Shown: in pieces, positions 19,226 to 30,493 of the stretch
How positions within the stretch are numbered: the first letter of the stretch is position 1
How the letters are laid out: each line of letters starts with the position of its first letter
DNA from: an uncultured Actinomycetota bacterium
Lineage (GTDB): Bacteria; Actinomycetota; Thermoleophilia; RBG-16-64-13
Assembly (NCBI GenBank): GCA_963843515.1
Contig: CAWJKH010000005.1
Location: 60,874-124,873 of the forward strand
Length of the DNA: 64,000 bases
Reading direction: 5' to 3'
The notes under the pieces: generated by a model
What the model was told of the DNA's origin: nothing
Seen by the model: only the letters and a program-made list of their open reading frames with translations
Databases searched by the model: none
Program-made: the position numbers and the translations under genes

Positions 19226-20979
19226 TACCCCACCATCATCAGATGTTCGACGATTGGCCCGAGGGCGAGCGCGGGGAAGAAGCTGAGGGCGCCGACGACC
19301 ACGATCACCGCGATGAGCAGGCCCACGAACATCGGACCATCGGTGCGCAGGGTCCCGGCGCTTTCCGGGATGAGCTTCTTGCCGGCCAGCGAGCCGGCTA
19401 TAGCCAGGGTCGGGATCATCATCCAATAGCGTCCGATCATCATGATCAGTCCCAGCCCGATGTTGTAGAAGGTGGTATTGGCGCTCAGGCCGCCGAAGGC
19501 GCTGCCGTTGTTGCCTGTGCCCGACGAGAACGCGTAGAGGATCTCGCTCAGTCCGTGGGGTCCGGAGTTGAGTATGCTGGCGACGCCGGTCTTGGTGGAG
19601 ACGGCGACCGCCGTCCCGAGAAGGATCTCTACTACCGGGATGAGGATGATGAGCGTGGCCATCTTCATCTCGTAGGTCTCGATCTTCTTGCCGAGATACT
19701 CGGGCGTCCGTCCCACCATCAATCCCGCTATGAAGACGGCGATTATCGCGAACACGAGGATGCCGTAGAGGCCCGCTCCCACGCCCCCGAAAACCACCTC
19801 ACCCAACTGTATGAGCACCAGCGGCACCATGCCGCCCAGGGGCGTGAACGAGTCGTGCATCGAGTTGACCGAGCCGGTCGAGGTCCCCGTGGTTATGGCG
19901 GCGAACATCGCCGAGCCGCTGATGCCGAACCGCGTCTCCTTGCCCTCCATGTTGCCGCCAGGTTGGGCGTTGGCGCCGGCGGCCACCGGATGCAGATCGG
20001 CGCCGGCGGCCGCCTCCTGGGGCACGCCGCCGGCCTCGAAGGCGTAGGCCGCGGCGATCATCCCCAAGAGGACGATCATCATCACGGCGAACACCGCCCA
20101 GCCCTGCCTGGTGTTGCGGACCATCCGCCCGAAGGTATACGTCAAACCGGCGGGGATCAGCAGGATCGACAGCATCTGCATGAAGTTGGAGAACGGGGTG
20201 GGGTTTTCGAAGGGATGCGCGGAGTTGGCGTTGAGAAAACCGCCGCCGTTGTTTCCCAGGTGCTTAATGGACATCTGCGACGCGATCGGGCCCACGGCGA
20301 TCCCCTGGCTGCTGACGGCGGCTCCGTCTGCATCGGTGGTCGCCTGAACGAGCGCGGCCTGCTGAGTGTCGTGGAAGGTCTGCACCACGCCCTGCGACAG
20401 AAGGACTATCGATACCGCGATGGAGATGGGCAGCAGGATGTAGAGGACCGCGCGGGTCATGTCCACCCAGAAGTTGCCCAGGGTGCCCGTGGTCTTGCGG
20501 GAGAAGCCCCGGATGAGGGCGATGGCCACCGCCATGCCGGTAGCGGCGGAGAGGAAGTTCTGCACCGTCATGCCCAGCATCTGGGTGACGTACTTCATCG
20601 TCGTCTCGCCGCCGTACGCCTGCCAGTTGGTGTTGGTGGTGAAGCTGACGGCGGTGTTGAACGCCAGGTCGGGCCGGACGGCGCCGAGCCCCGAGGGCCC
20701 CGAGGGGAACACGCCCTGGATGCGCTGGAGGAGATAGAGGAGCAGTATGCCCGCCAGGTTGAAGGCGAGCATGCTGAGCGCGTACCTCTTCCAGCTCATC
20801 TCTTTGTGGGGGTCGATGCCGGAGATACGGTAGAAGAACCGCTCCAACGGTCCGAAAGCCCGGTCGACCCAGATCGGCTGGCCCTGGAACACGCGGGCCA
20901 TGTAGGCGCCGAGGGGCCTTGTCAGAAGCCCGACGACCAGGAGCAGTACCACGATCTGGACCCACCCGAACGTGGTCAT
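19225..20979 (-). CDS. kdpA: K+-transporting ATPase subunit A
   Basis: [49 protein letters not shown]. Confidence 0.96.
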   Translation of the reverse strand: MTTFGWVQIVVLLLVVGLLTRPLGAYMARVFQGQPIWVDRAFGPLERFFYRISGIDPHKEMSWKRYALSMLAFNLAGILLLYLLQRIQGVFPSGPSGLGAVRPDLAFNTAVSFTTNTNWQAYGGETTMKYVTQMLGMTVQNFLSAATGMAVAIALIRGFSRKTTGTLGNFWVDMTRAVLYILLPISIAVSIVLLSQGVVQTFHDTQQAALVQATTDADGAAVSSQGIAVGPIASQMSIKHLGNNGGGFLNANSAHPFENPTPFSNFMQMLSILLIPAGLTYTFGRMVRNTRQGWAVFAVMMIVLLGMIAAAYAFEAGGVPQEAAAGADLHPVAAGANAQPGGNMEGKETRFGISGSAMFAAITTGTSTGSVNSMHDSFTPLGGMVPLVLIQLGEVVFGGVGAGLYGILVFAIIAVFIAGLMVGRTPEYLGKKIETYEMKMATLIILIPVVEILLGTAVAVSTKTGVASILNSGPHGLSEILYAFSSGTGNNGSAFGGLSANTTFYNIGLGLIMMIGRYWMMIPTLAIAGSLAGKKLIPESAGTLRTDGPMFVGLLIAVIVVVGALSFFPALALGPIVEHLMMVG

Positions 20980-21016
20980 GCGCTCATACCTCGCTCATTC
21001 TCAGTCATCGGCGGAG

Positions 21017-21100
21017 CTAGCCCAGCTTGTCGGGCTTGAGTAGGGCGTAGAACAGGTAGCACAGAAGGAGTGCTGCTATGACGGCGCTGGCGATCAACAT
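21017..21100 (-). CDS. kdpF: K+-transporting ATPase small subunit F (27 aa)
   Basis: Hand translation MLIASAVIAALLLCYLFYALLKPDKLG*, matching the YLxYALLxPxK KdpF signature. Directly upstream of kdpA and absent from the ORF track. Confidence 0.85.
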   Translation of the reverse strand: MLIASAVIAALLLCYLFYALLKPDKLG

Positions 21101-21137
21101 GGCCGGGTGCGGAAAGGGCAGGCGGCGCGGTGGCCGG

Positions 21138-21218
21138 TCAGAGCCGAGCCAGACCCGCGACGAGCGCGGCCGAGAGCGCGAAGAACACGACGACTATCAC
21201 GATAACCACTGCATCCAT
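21138..21218 (-). CDS. Small hydrophobic peptide upstream of kdpF (26 aa)
   Basis: Hand translation MDAVVIVIVVVFFALSAALVAGLARL*, preceded by GGAGG. Single-TM profile. Confidence 0.7.
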   Translation of the reverse strand: MDAVVIVIVVVFFALSAALVAGLARL

Positions 21219-21389
21219 GCGGCCTCCAAACCCTGATCCGCTCGATGACGGTCCGCTTTGTGCCTGCCAGGACTCTACCGCTCGGAACAGGCGCGCAATC
21301 CCGTTCCATACATCTTGTTTACGCGATGATGGCGGTCGGCTGCGGTCTTCTTATGCGTTTCGTGGTTTGATTGCACTACTCGTGGGCAG

Positions 21390-21869
21390 ATGAACGCGCA
21401 GACGGGGATGGGAGAGATGATGGGCTACCGGGTCAGCATGAGAAGACAAAGAAACGGCACTGCCGACACGGCCGCCGCCGAGACCACCCTTCGCTACACC
21501 TATGCGAGTGAGACCGCGGCCGGCCACGCGGGCGATGCCGTCGTGCTGCGTGCCTCCACCCTCCCCGACCCTCCTCCGGACGTCATCCACGTGACCGTCG
21601 ACTGGCCCGAACCCGCGGTGGGTGGGGTTTCCAGAGAGGCGGAGCGGGCCGCTGCCATAAGCGCCGCTGAGCGCAAGAAGGTGGCTCAGGGCGACCGCGT
21701 GGAAGTGATCAAGAGCAGAGTGTCGGGGGTCAAGAGCCCGCCCGAGTGGCTCGAGCAATACGTGGGGAGGAGCGGGGTGGTGCTGTGGACCACCGCCGAT
21801 GGGGCAATGGTCGACCTTGACGCCGACACCACCTGGTTCTCCTACGAGGAGCTGAAGCCGAGGGAGTAG
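21390..21869 (+). CDS. Hypothetical protein with a C-terminal SH3/KOW-like domain
   Basis: GC3-biased ORF. C-terminus VAQGDRVEV...GRSGVV...TWFSYEELK has an SH3-barrel pattern. Start may be a downstream Met. Confidence 0.55.
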   Translation: MNAQTGMGEMMGYRVSMRRQRNGTADTAAAETTLRYTYASETAAGHAGDAVVLRASTLPDPPPDVIHVTVDWPEPAVGGVSREAERAAAISAAERKKVAQGDRVEVIKSRVSGVKSPPEWLEQYVGRSGVVLWTTADGAMVDLDADTTWFSYEELKPRE

Positions 21870-21888
21870 GGCCGGCCGGCCCAGAAAC

Positions 21889-22317
21889 CTAGTGCCAGAT
21901 GGTCAGGCCTGTCTGCGCGTCCATCTTGCGCACCACGGACGTACCTGCCGACAGAGTCGTCAGCAGTATCTCCATGTTGAACACCAGGGTGTTGGGGCCC
22001 AGATGTCCGCCGAAACAGCGGCCCTGCTCGTCGGCGAAGGTGATGTGGGCGTGGACGATGGGCTCTCCGTCGAGGAGGGAGACGTTCCCGAGCATGCCCG
22101 CCACCTCGAGCCGCTGGTCGTGTTCCAGGTCCACCCATTCGTGAGCGGGCTGGTCGTAGTAGCGGATGGTGGCCCGTGAGACGGCGCCCAGCCCGGAGAA
22201 CCAGGCCAGGTTGATGCCCTGGCTGTGTACGAAGTCGTTCAGTTCCTTGAGTAGGTCGGTCCCGTAGGCGGGCTTGAGGATGTGGACCGGCCCGACTGTC
22301 GCCTGAACGTCATACAT
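21889..22317 (-). CDS. PPC/DUF296 domain protein
   Basis: GLGAV, EVAGMLGNV, HAHITFAD, GGHL, MEI motifs. Confidence 0.88.
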   Translation of the reverse strand: MYDVQATVGPVHILKPAYGTDLLKELNDFVHSQGINLAWFSGLGAVSRATIRYYDQPAHEWVDLEHDQRLEVAGMLGNVSLLDGEPIVHAHITFADEQGRCFGGHLGPNTLVFNMEILLTTLSAGTSVVRKMDAQTGLTIWH

Positions 22318-22371
22318 GAGCCATCACCTCGCCTCTCGTGGAGTACCCGCCGCGGTCCGCGGTCAAGGGAC

Positions 22372-23829
22372 TCAGTCGTCCCACTTGAACTCGGGTGCCG
22401 TCCTCTGGTCCCAGATCTCCTCGGTGGCGTCCTCGAGCGCCCGCTCCTCATCGACCGTCATCTCGGTGATGAGGGTGGAGGGGTCGCTGAGCAGCTTGAC
22501 CTCGAGTTCGGACGCGTCGAGACGCCCCTCGTCGTCGATGGAGGCGTTCTTCTCCTTGAAAATGCCCGTGAGCTCGTCGAGATCCATGCCTTCGCGATGC
22601 AGCGTGACGCGCAGCTCACTGGAGACCTCACGGCGAAGGTCGATGAGGTACTGGTACCAGATAATGTCCCAGGTAATGGTCACGATGGCTCGCGGCTCTG
22701 GTCCGATGAGCTTGGTGAGGTTGGCTTTGGGCTTGCCCAGGCTCTTGCGGACGTCGCGTATCCGGTCCGTGTACTGGCTCTCGTTGAAGTACTTCTGGGC
22801 CACCTGGACCTCGGGAAGCTGGAATCCCGGCCGGCTGTGATGCTCGGCGGTGGGCGGCCCGGCGGGCGGAGCGACCGGCGGCGGGACGAGCGGGGTCGCC
22901 GTGGGAGGCGGGGTCGACTGGGCGGCGACGTCGGCGGCGGAGTAGGGCTCGGGCTCAGTGTCGCCGGCCGTGGGCCACTGGGCTGCTGCAGCCGCGGCCG
23001 CGGCAACAGCCGCCGCGCCCACGGGCGGCTCGGCCTGCGCCGTCTGCTCCGCGACGCCTGCGCCCGTCGTCTCGCCCGAGTCGGTGATGTCAGCGGTGGA
23101 CTCCATCGTGGACTCGGAGTCCCACGCCCCGGCAACAGCGGCGCCCGCTGCGGCAACCGCGGCCACGCCGGCCAGGCCCGCGCCCTCCCCGGTCTCGGGA
23201 GCCAGCGCGACTGCGCCTACGGCGGCGCCCGGGACGGGCGCTCCGGTCGTCGCGGCAACTCCGCCGGCCGCGAGGAGCGCCTCGGTCTCGCGCAGCCGCG
23301 CACGGGTGAGCTCGAGCTCGCGCTCGAGGCTCTCCAAGCGGCTCTCCACGGTAGCGGTCTTATCGAGATTCTCCGTGATCACTCCGGTGGCGAACGTCTC
23401 GAGCGAGGCGGCCAGGCGCTGGAGAGCGCCCTGCATCTCCCGCTGCAAGGTGATGAGGTCGACGACCGGGGTAAGCAACTCCCGGGTCTTGTCCATGGGA
23501 TCGGGCTCCTCGCATGACCCCGCGGCGGCGGTCGCAGCCGCGACCTCGTCGAGCTTCTCGAATGATTCGGAGGAATCGAGGGAGCCAGACGAGTCGTCGA
23601 GCGCGGAGTCGTCGAGCGCGGAGTCATTGTCGTCAGACTCACGCTCCTCCACTTCCGGGAACCGGAACTCGTCGCCCTCGGGCTGGAGGGCCGCTCCAGC
23701 AGCGCACTCCGCACACAGCCTGGCTATGCTCCCATCGGCGAACTCTTGCATGACGACTTCGTCGGAAAGAGCTGCTCCACAGATCTCGCACTTGTTGTCC
23801 GGAAGAAGGACATCGTCGGAAAAAGCCAT
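22372..23829 (-). CDS. Hypothetical protein: Zn-ribbon, acidic tract, coiled coil, Ala/Pro linker, globular C-terminus
   Basis: CEIC...CAEC, Asp/Ser-rich tract, heptad region (LESLERELELTRARL), C-terminal YFNES...SLGKP...WDIIWYQYLID. GGAGG precedes ATG 23829. Confidence 0.75.
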   Translation of the reverse strand: MAFSDDVLLPDNKCEICGAALSDEVVMQEFADGSIARLCAECAAGAALQPEGDEFRFPEVEERESDDNDSALDDSALDDSSGSLDSSESFEKLDEVAAATAAAGSCEEPDPMDKTRELLTPVVDLITLQREMQGALQRLAASLETFATGVITENLDKTATVESRLESLERELELTRARLRETEALLAAGGVAATTGAPVPGAAVGAVALAPETGEGAGLAGVAAVAAAGAAVAGAWDSESTMESTADITDSGETTGAGVAEQTAQAEPPVGAAAVAAAAAAAAQWPTAGDTEPEPYSAADVAAQSTPPPTATPLVPPPVAPPAGPPTAEHHSRPGFQLPEVQVAQKYFNESQYTDRIRDVRKSLGKPKANLTKLIGPEPRAIVTITWDIIWYQYLIDLRREVSSELRVTLHREGMDLDELTGIFKEKNASIDDEGRLDASELEVKLLSDPSTLITEMTVDEERALEDATEEIWDQRTAPEFKWDD

Positions 23830-24001
23830 TGTCGGCGCCTCCGGCCCTCGGCGCCCGCCCGCCGCGGGAATGGGGATTGGTCCCGGGTAGTATAGCAATG
23901 GCTTGCCCCGGCGGCAGGAAGGCCGAACGGGGCGGGTCGAGCGGCCTCCAGGCGTGGTCTGAACGGGGCGGCCGACCGGGCCATGCTAGACTCTCGGGGC
24001 T

Positions 24002-24250
24002 ATGATCGAGGTCAGACTGTTCGCCAATCTGGCGCCTGTGGGACGCCCTCTTCCCCGCCTGGCGAGCGGGACTGCGGGGTTCGAGATCGAAGCCCGCAAT
24101 GGTCTGACCGTGCGGGATGTGGTCACCGAAGCTGCCATCCCGGAGGCGGATGTGACGGTGGTGATGATCAACCACCGATCGGGCGGCCTCGACTCGCCGC
24201 TCGAGGACGGGGACCGGCTCGGTCTGTTCCCGGCTGTGTCGGGGGGGTGA
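24002..24250 (+). CDS. MoaD/ThiS-family sulfur carrier protein
   Basis: 82 aa, IEVRLFANL start, LEDGDRLGLFPAVSGG C-terminal Gly-Gly. Confidence 0.9.
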   Translation: MIEVRLFANLAPVGRPLPRLASGTAGFEIEARNGLTVRDVVTEAAIPEADVTVVMINHRSGGLDSPLEDGDRLGLFPAVSGG

Positions 24251-24280
24251 CCTCGACGTGAAGGATCGACGGAGGCGCAG

Positions 24281-25468
24281 ATGTCTGTAGCTAAGAAGAT
24301 CGCTGAGTCGGCGTGCCGCTCCTCCTGGATCCGGGAGATGTTCGAGGAGGGGGCCAGACTGGGACAGGTCCATGGCTGCGAGAACGTCTTCGACTTCAGC
24401 ATCGGGAACCCGAATCTGGAGCCTCCCGAGGAATTCAAGCGGGTGCTGGAGGAGTTGGCCGCCGACAGGACCCCGGGACGGCACGGCTACATGTCCAACG
24501 CCGGGTATCCGGAGACCCGAGCCGCGGTGGCGCACCACCTCTCGGCCGACCAGGGCGCAGAGCTGGGCGCCGAGCACGTGGTCATGACCTGCGGCGCCGG
24601 CGGCGCCGTCAACGTGATGCTCAAGGCCATCCTCGATCCCGGCGACGAGGTGATCGTTCCCCGGCCGTACTTCGTGGAATACGCGTTCTACGCCGACAAC
24701 CACGGGGGCCGCCTCAAGCCCGTGCCGACCAAGTCCGACTTCGACCTGGACATCGACGAGATCGAGGCGGCCATGGGCCCCTGGACCAAGGCGGTGCTCA
24801 TCAACTCGCCGCACAATCCCACGGGGCGGGTCTACCCGGCTGAGTCGCTGGCCGCCCTCGGCGACCTGCTCCGCCGGAGGTCCGCGGAGCTGGGCAAGAT
24901 CATCTATCTGATCTCCGACGAGCCGTATAGGCGCATCGTCTACGACGGCCTCAAGGTTCCGCCTGTGATGGCGGCCTACGAGAACGCCATGATCGGCTCG
25001 AGCTACTCGAAGGAGCTCTCGTTGCCGGGGGAGAGGATCGGCTATGCGGCCGCGAATCCAGCCATCCCGGATATCGGCGCCCTCATGGAGGGCCTCGTCA
25101 TGGCGAACAGGATCCTGGGCTTCGTCAACGCTCCGGCCCTCATGCAGCGGGCGGTTGCGCGCCTGCAGGGGGTTTCGGTGGACGTCACTCCCTACCAGCG
25201 CAACCGCGACGTGCTTTACGAGGCGCTGAGCGGGGCCGGGTTCGAGGTGTTCAAGCCCCAGGGCGCTTTCTATCTCTTCCCCAAGTCCCCCCTCGAAGAC
25301 GACGTAGCCTTCTGCCGGGAGCTGCAGCAACACCTGGTGCTTGTGGTGCCGGGGAGTGGCTTCGGCCTGGGGGGCCACTTCCGCATGGCCTACTGCGTGC
25401 CTCCGCAGGTGGTGGACGGAGCTCTGCCTGCCTTCCGGAAGGTCGGAGCGAAGTACTTCGGCACGTAG
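24281..25468 (+). CDS. PLP-dependent aminotransferase class I/II (aspartate aminotransferase-like)
   Basis: FSIGNP, NSPHNPTG, SDEPY, SYSKELSLPGERIG, PQGAFY. Confidence 0.93.
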   Translation: MSVAKKIAESACRSSWIREMFEEGARLGQVHGCENVFDFSIGNPNLEPPEEFKRVLEELAADRTPGRHGYMSNAGYPETRAAVAHHLSADQGAELGAEHVVMTCGAGGAVNVMLKAILDPGDEVIVPRPYFVEYAFYADNHGGRLKPVPTKSDFDLDIDEIEAAMGPWTKAVLINSPHNPTGRVYPAESLAALGDLLRRRSAELGKIIYLISDEPYRRIVYDGLKVPPVMAAYENAMIGSSYSKELSLPGERIGYAAANPAIPDIGALMEGLVMANRILGFVNAPALMQRAVARLQGVSVDVTPYQRNRDVLYEALSGAGFEVFKPQGAFYLFPKSPLEDDVAFCRELQQHLVLVVPGSGFGLGGHFRMAYCVPPQVVDGALPAFRKVGAKYFGT

Positions 25469-25480
25469 CGCCGCCGGTGA

Positions 25481-25984
25481 TTACCCCGCCGTCGGCGTGG
25501 GCCGTTGCTTGAAGCTGGCGGCCTCGATGGCTACCTCGTAGACCAGCGTCAGGGCGAAGTCGGCTTCGTCGAACGAGTCCTCCACGGCCCCCGGGTCGTA
25601 CTTGGCAACGATCCAGCGGAGGGCATCCTCGCGCCGCCCGGGGTCTTCGATGCGGCGGGCCCGTCCCCACACCAGCAGCGAGCGGAACGAGAAGCCGTCT
25701 GCGCAGGGGGCGTCGCCCTGCACGAACGCGACCCCAGCCGTGAAGACCAGGCACACCCGGGGATCGGTGGCGAGGGCGTCGGTCTTGCGGCCTTCGCCGG
25801 TGTGGAACACGATGCGCCCTTCGAGCCCCGCAGCGTCCTCGGGGGCTACGTAGGCGAAGTTGACAGGCACGGCGTAGGGGCCGTCCGGCTCGATCATGGC
25901 CAGATATGCAACCGGGACCTTGCGTAGCATCTCTTCAGCGGCGCCGACATCGGTGGGTGAGAGTGATGTCACGCGATCGTTCAT
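25481..25984 (-). CDS. Pyridoxamine 5'-phosphate oxidase-like (NimA-type) flavin-binding protein
   Basis: PYAVPVNF, IVFHT..GRK, DPRVC, FRSLLVWG, IVAKY. Confidence 0.82.
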   Translation of the reverse strand: MNDRVTSLSPTDVGAAEEMLRKVPVAYLAMIEPDGPYAVPVNFAYVAPEDAAGLEGRIVFHTGEGRKTDALATDPRVCLVFTAGVAFVQGDAPCADGFSFRSLLVWGRARRIEDPGRREDALRWIVAKYDPGAVEDSFDEADFALTLVYEVAIEAASFKQRPTPTAG

Positions 25985-26113
25985 GACTCCACCATATCGC
26001 ATCACACCCCGCATCAGCGCTGCGAGCCGCCCCGGCCGCCACCACCGACCTCAGTTGCCGCGCCATCCCGGCCGCCGCTTATAATGGAGCCCGCGAGGTC
26101 ACAGGAGAGGCTT

Positions 26114-27316
26114 GTGAAACACGTAGTTCTGATCATCGACGGGGCGTCCGGGTGGCCGGTTGAGGCACTCGAGGGAAAGACGTCCCTCGAAACGGCCTGG
26201 ACGCCGAACTTGGATCGCCTGGCGCGCGAAGGCCTGGTGGGCGTCGTCTCCAACGTCCCGGCGGGCATGGAAGCGTCGAGCGCTGTGGCCTGCATGAGCG
26301 TCATGGGTTTCGACCCTGCTCGCCATTACGCGGGCCGGGGGCCCATCGAGGCGGCGGCCATGGGCATCCGGCTCGAGCCCGAGCAGGTGGCCATGCGCTG
26401 TAACCTGGTGACGGTGCGGGACGGACTGATGGCCGGCTACTCCGCGGGGAACATCTCGTCCGCCGAGTCCGCGGAACTGGTGGCCGCTCTCCAGGAGGGC
26501 CTGGGCGACGAGCGGACCCGCTTCTACCCCGGGGTTGGATTCCGGCATATCGTCACCGTCCGCGAGGGGCGGCCGCTCCTGGACACAGCCTTCACCCCTC
26601 CGCACGACATCGCCGGGCAGCCGGTGGGCGAGCACCTGCCCGTGGGGCCCGGGGCCGACTACGCCCTGGACCTGATGGAGCGCTCCAAGGCGATCCTCAA
26701 GGAACACCCGGTGAACGAGCGCCGGCTGGCGGCGGGAAAGCCCCCGGCGACCCAGATATGGCTGTTCTGGCCAGGCACGCGGCCGGCGATGATGCCCGCC
26801 TTCGGCGATTTGTATGGGGGCCGGAGTGCAGCACTCACCTCGCCGGTGGACCTGCTCAAGGGCCTGGCGATGCAGACCGGCGTGGACTTTCTCGCCATCC
26901 CTGGGGTCACCGACGGCGCCGACAACGACTATGCCGGACAGATGAAGGCTGCGTTGGCCGCCTTGGCCGATCACGACCTGGCGTTCGTGCATGTGGAGTC
27001 CCCGGATGAGGCTGGCCATGCCGGCGATGTAGAGGGAAAAGTGGAGGCCATCGAGCAGGTGGACGCTTTGATGGTGCCGCAGATGATGGAGATGGCTCGG
27101 GCCGACGAGGACACCGGCGGACTGAGGGTCCTCGTGCTGCCCGACCACCCGACCCCGCTTGAGATCCGCACCCACGTGGCCGAGCCTGTCCCGTTTATCA
27201 TGTGGGGGCCCGGGTTCCGGAGCAACGGCGCTGCCGCCTACACAGAGAAAGAGGCCCGGGCCACGGGCTTCGCCGTGGCGCCGGGCCACCTCTTGATGTC
27301 CATGTTCCTGGGCTAG
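26114..27316 (+). CDS. apgM: Cofactor-independent phosphoglycerate mutase (ApgM type)
   Basis: IIDGASG, TPNLD, GRGPIEAA, RCNL, HVESPDEAGH, DHPTP, THVAEPVPF. RBS AGGAGAGG before GTG 26114. Confidence 0.88.
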   Translation: MKHVVLIIDGASGWPVEALEGKTSLETAWTPNLDRLAREGLVGVVSNVPAGMEASSAVACMSVMGFDPARHYAGRGPIEAAAMGIRLEPEQVAMRCNLVTVRDGLMAGYSAGNISSAESAELVAALQEGLGDERTRFYPGVGFRHIVTVREGRPLLDTAFTPPHDIAGQPVGEHLPVGPGADYALDLMERSKAILKEHPVNERRLAAGKPPATQIWLFWPGTRPAMMPAFGDLYGGRSAALTSPVDLLKGLAMQTGVDFLAIPGVTDGADNDYAGQMKAALAALADHDLAFVHVESPDEAGHAGDVEGKVEAIEQVDALMVPQMMEMARADEDTGGLRVLVLPDHPTPLEIRTHVAEPVPFIMWGPGFRSNGAAAYTEKEARATGFAVAPGHLLMSMFLG

Positions 27317-27318
27317 AA

Positions 27319-27407
27319 GGCTGCTGAAAAGCGAAACCGCGGCCGCCGGAACGCACTGAGCGGGCAGCGCCGCACCCGTCACCGCGCGGAAGCGCGTCTC
27401 CCCGGCC
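27319..27407. mobile_element. Internally deleted copy of the MITE-like repeat at 37398-37554
   Basis: GGCTGCTGAAAAGCGAAACCGCGGCCGCCGGAACGCACTGAGC aligns with the left end of the 37398 element. Degraded right end CGTCTCCCCGGCC. Confidence 0.55.
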
Positions 27408-27422
27408 CCCGCATAGTCCGGA

Positions 27423-27596
27423 TCACTCAGCCATCTTCTCGAATTCTTCTTTGCTGGCTCCGCAGTCGGGGCATTCCCAATCGTCGGGCAGCTCTTCGAA
27501 CGGTGTCCCAGGGGCGATCCCCTGAGTGGGATCCCCGACTTCGGGGTCGTAGATGTATCCGCACAGCAGGCACTGCCATTTGTCCATCTGGTCCAT
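27423..27596 (-). CDS. Rubredoxin (57 aa)
   Basis: Hand translation [57 protein letters not shown]. Absent from the ORF track. Confidence 0.95.
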   Translation of the reverse strand: MDQMDKWQCLLCGYIYDPEVGDPTQGIAPGTPFEELPDDWECPDCGASKEEFEKMAE

Positions 27597-27738
27597 CCTT
27601 TCTCCTCGAGCCGAGGCCTGCCCGTGCCCACGCAGGTCTCGCCGTGTCCGATCGCGGGGTGGATCATATCTAGCCTAGCAGAACCGGGCGGACACTGCTG
27701 ATGGAGCCCGGGGAAGACCGCCTCGGACGGGGGCATCC

Positions 27739-27768
27739 TTGACTCGAGAGTGACCGCTTAGGTAGGAT
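27739..27768 (+). promoter_or_regulatory. Putative sigma70-type promoter of the membrane pyrophosphatase
   Basis: TTGACT-N18-TAGGAT about 110 bp upstream of the start codon. Confidence 0.45.
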
Positions 27769-27875
27769 GAACGCTTGGGTCAAGCCCGCGAGGGGGGCTT
27801 TGCGCGCGGGTGTCATGGGGCGCTTGGCGCCCCCACCCGTAGGGTTACTCGGACGAGAGAAGGAGGCAAGGCTGG

Positions 27876-30374
<2,499 letters not shown>

Positions 30375-30438
30375 ACGCAGAGCAGAGCGTCTAAGATCGG
30401 CGCCGCCCCGCAGGGCGCGGCGCGGAAACGAGTCATCG

Positions 30439-30476
30439 GGCCGCCCGCCGCACGAAAGTGTGGCGGGCGGCCTTCT
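30439..30476 (+). terminator. Intrinsic terminator-like hairpin after hppA
   Basis: 15-bp stem GGCCGCCCGCCGCAC-GAAA-GTGTGGCGGGCGGCC followed by TTCT. Confidence 0.65.
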
Positions 30477-30493
30477 ATGTGACAATCACAGTC

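Noticed and set aside
21300-21365. KdpE binding site upstream of the kdp micro-ORFs
   Set aside because: A-rich half-sites (GCATAAGAA, GCGTAAACAAG on the minus strand) are suggestive but too degenerate to call.
27695-27750. Fluoride-riboswitch-like words (GATGGAG...ACCGCC...TGACTC) upstream of hppA
   Set aside because: The P1 pairing and the GCTGATGAC..CTAC 3' consensus are absent, and TTGACT is better explained as a -35 element. An Infernal search would settle it.
27770-27870. c-di-AMP (ydaO-yuaA) riboswitch in the hppA, kimA or kdp leaders
   Set aside because: Only a short GTAGGGTTACT resemblance is present. The conserved GCTGAATCC, GGGGGAACC and CAGCTAAC blocks are not found.
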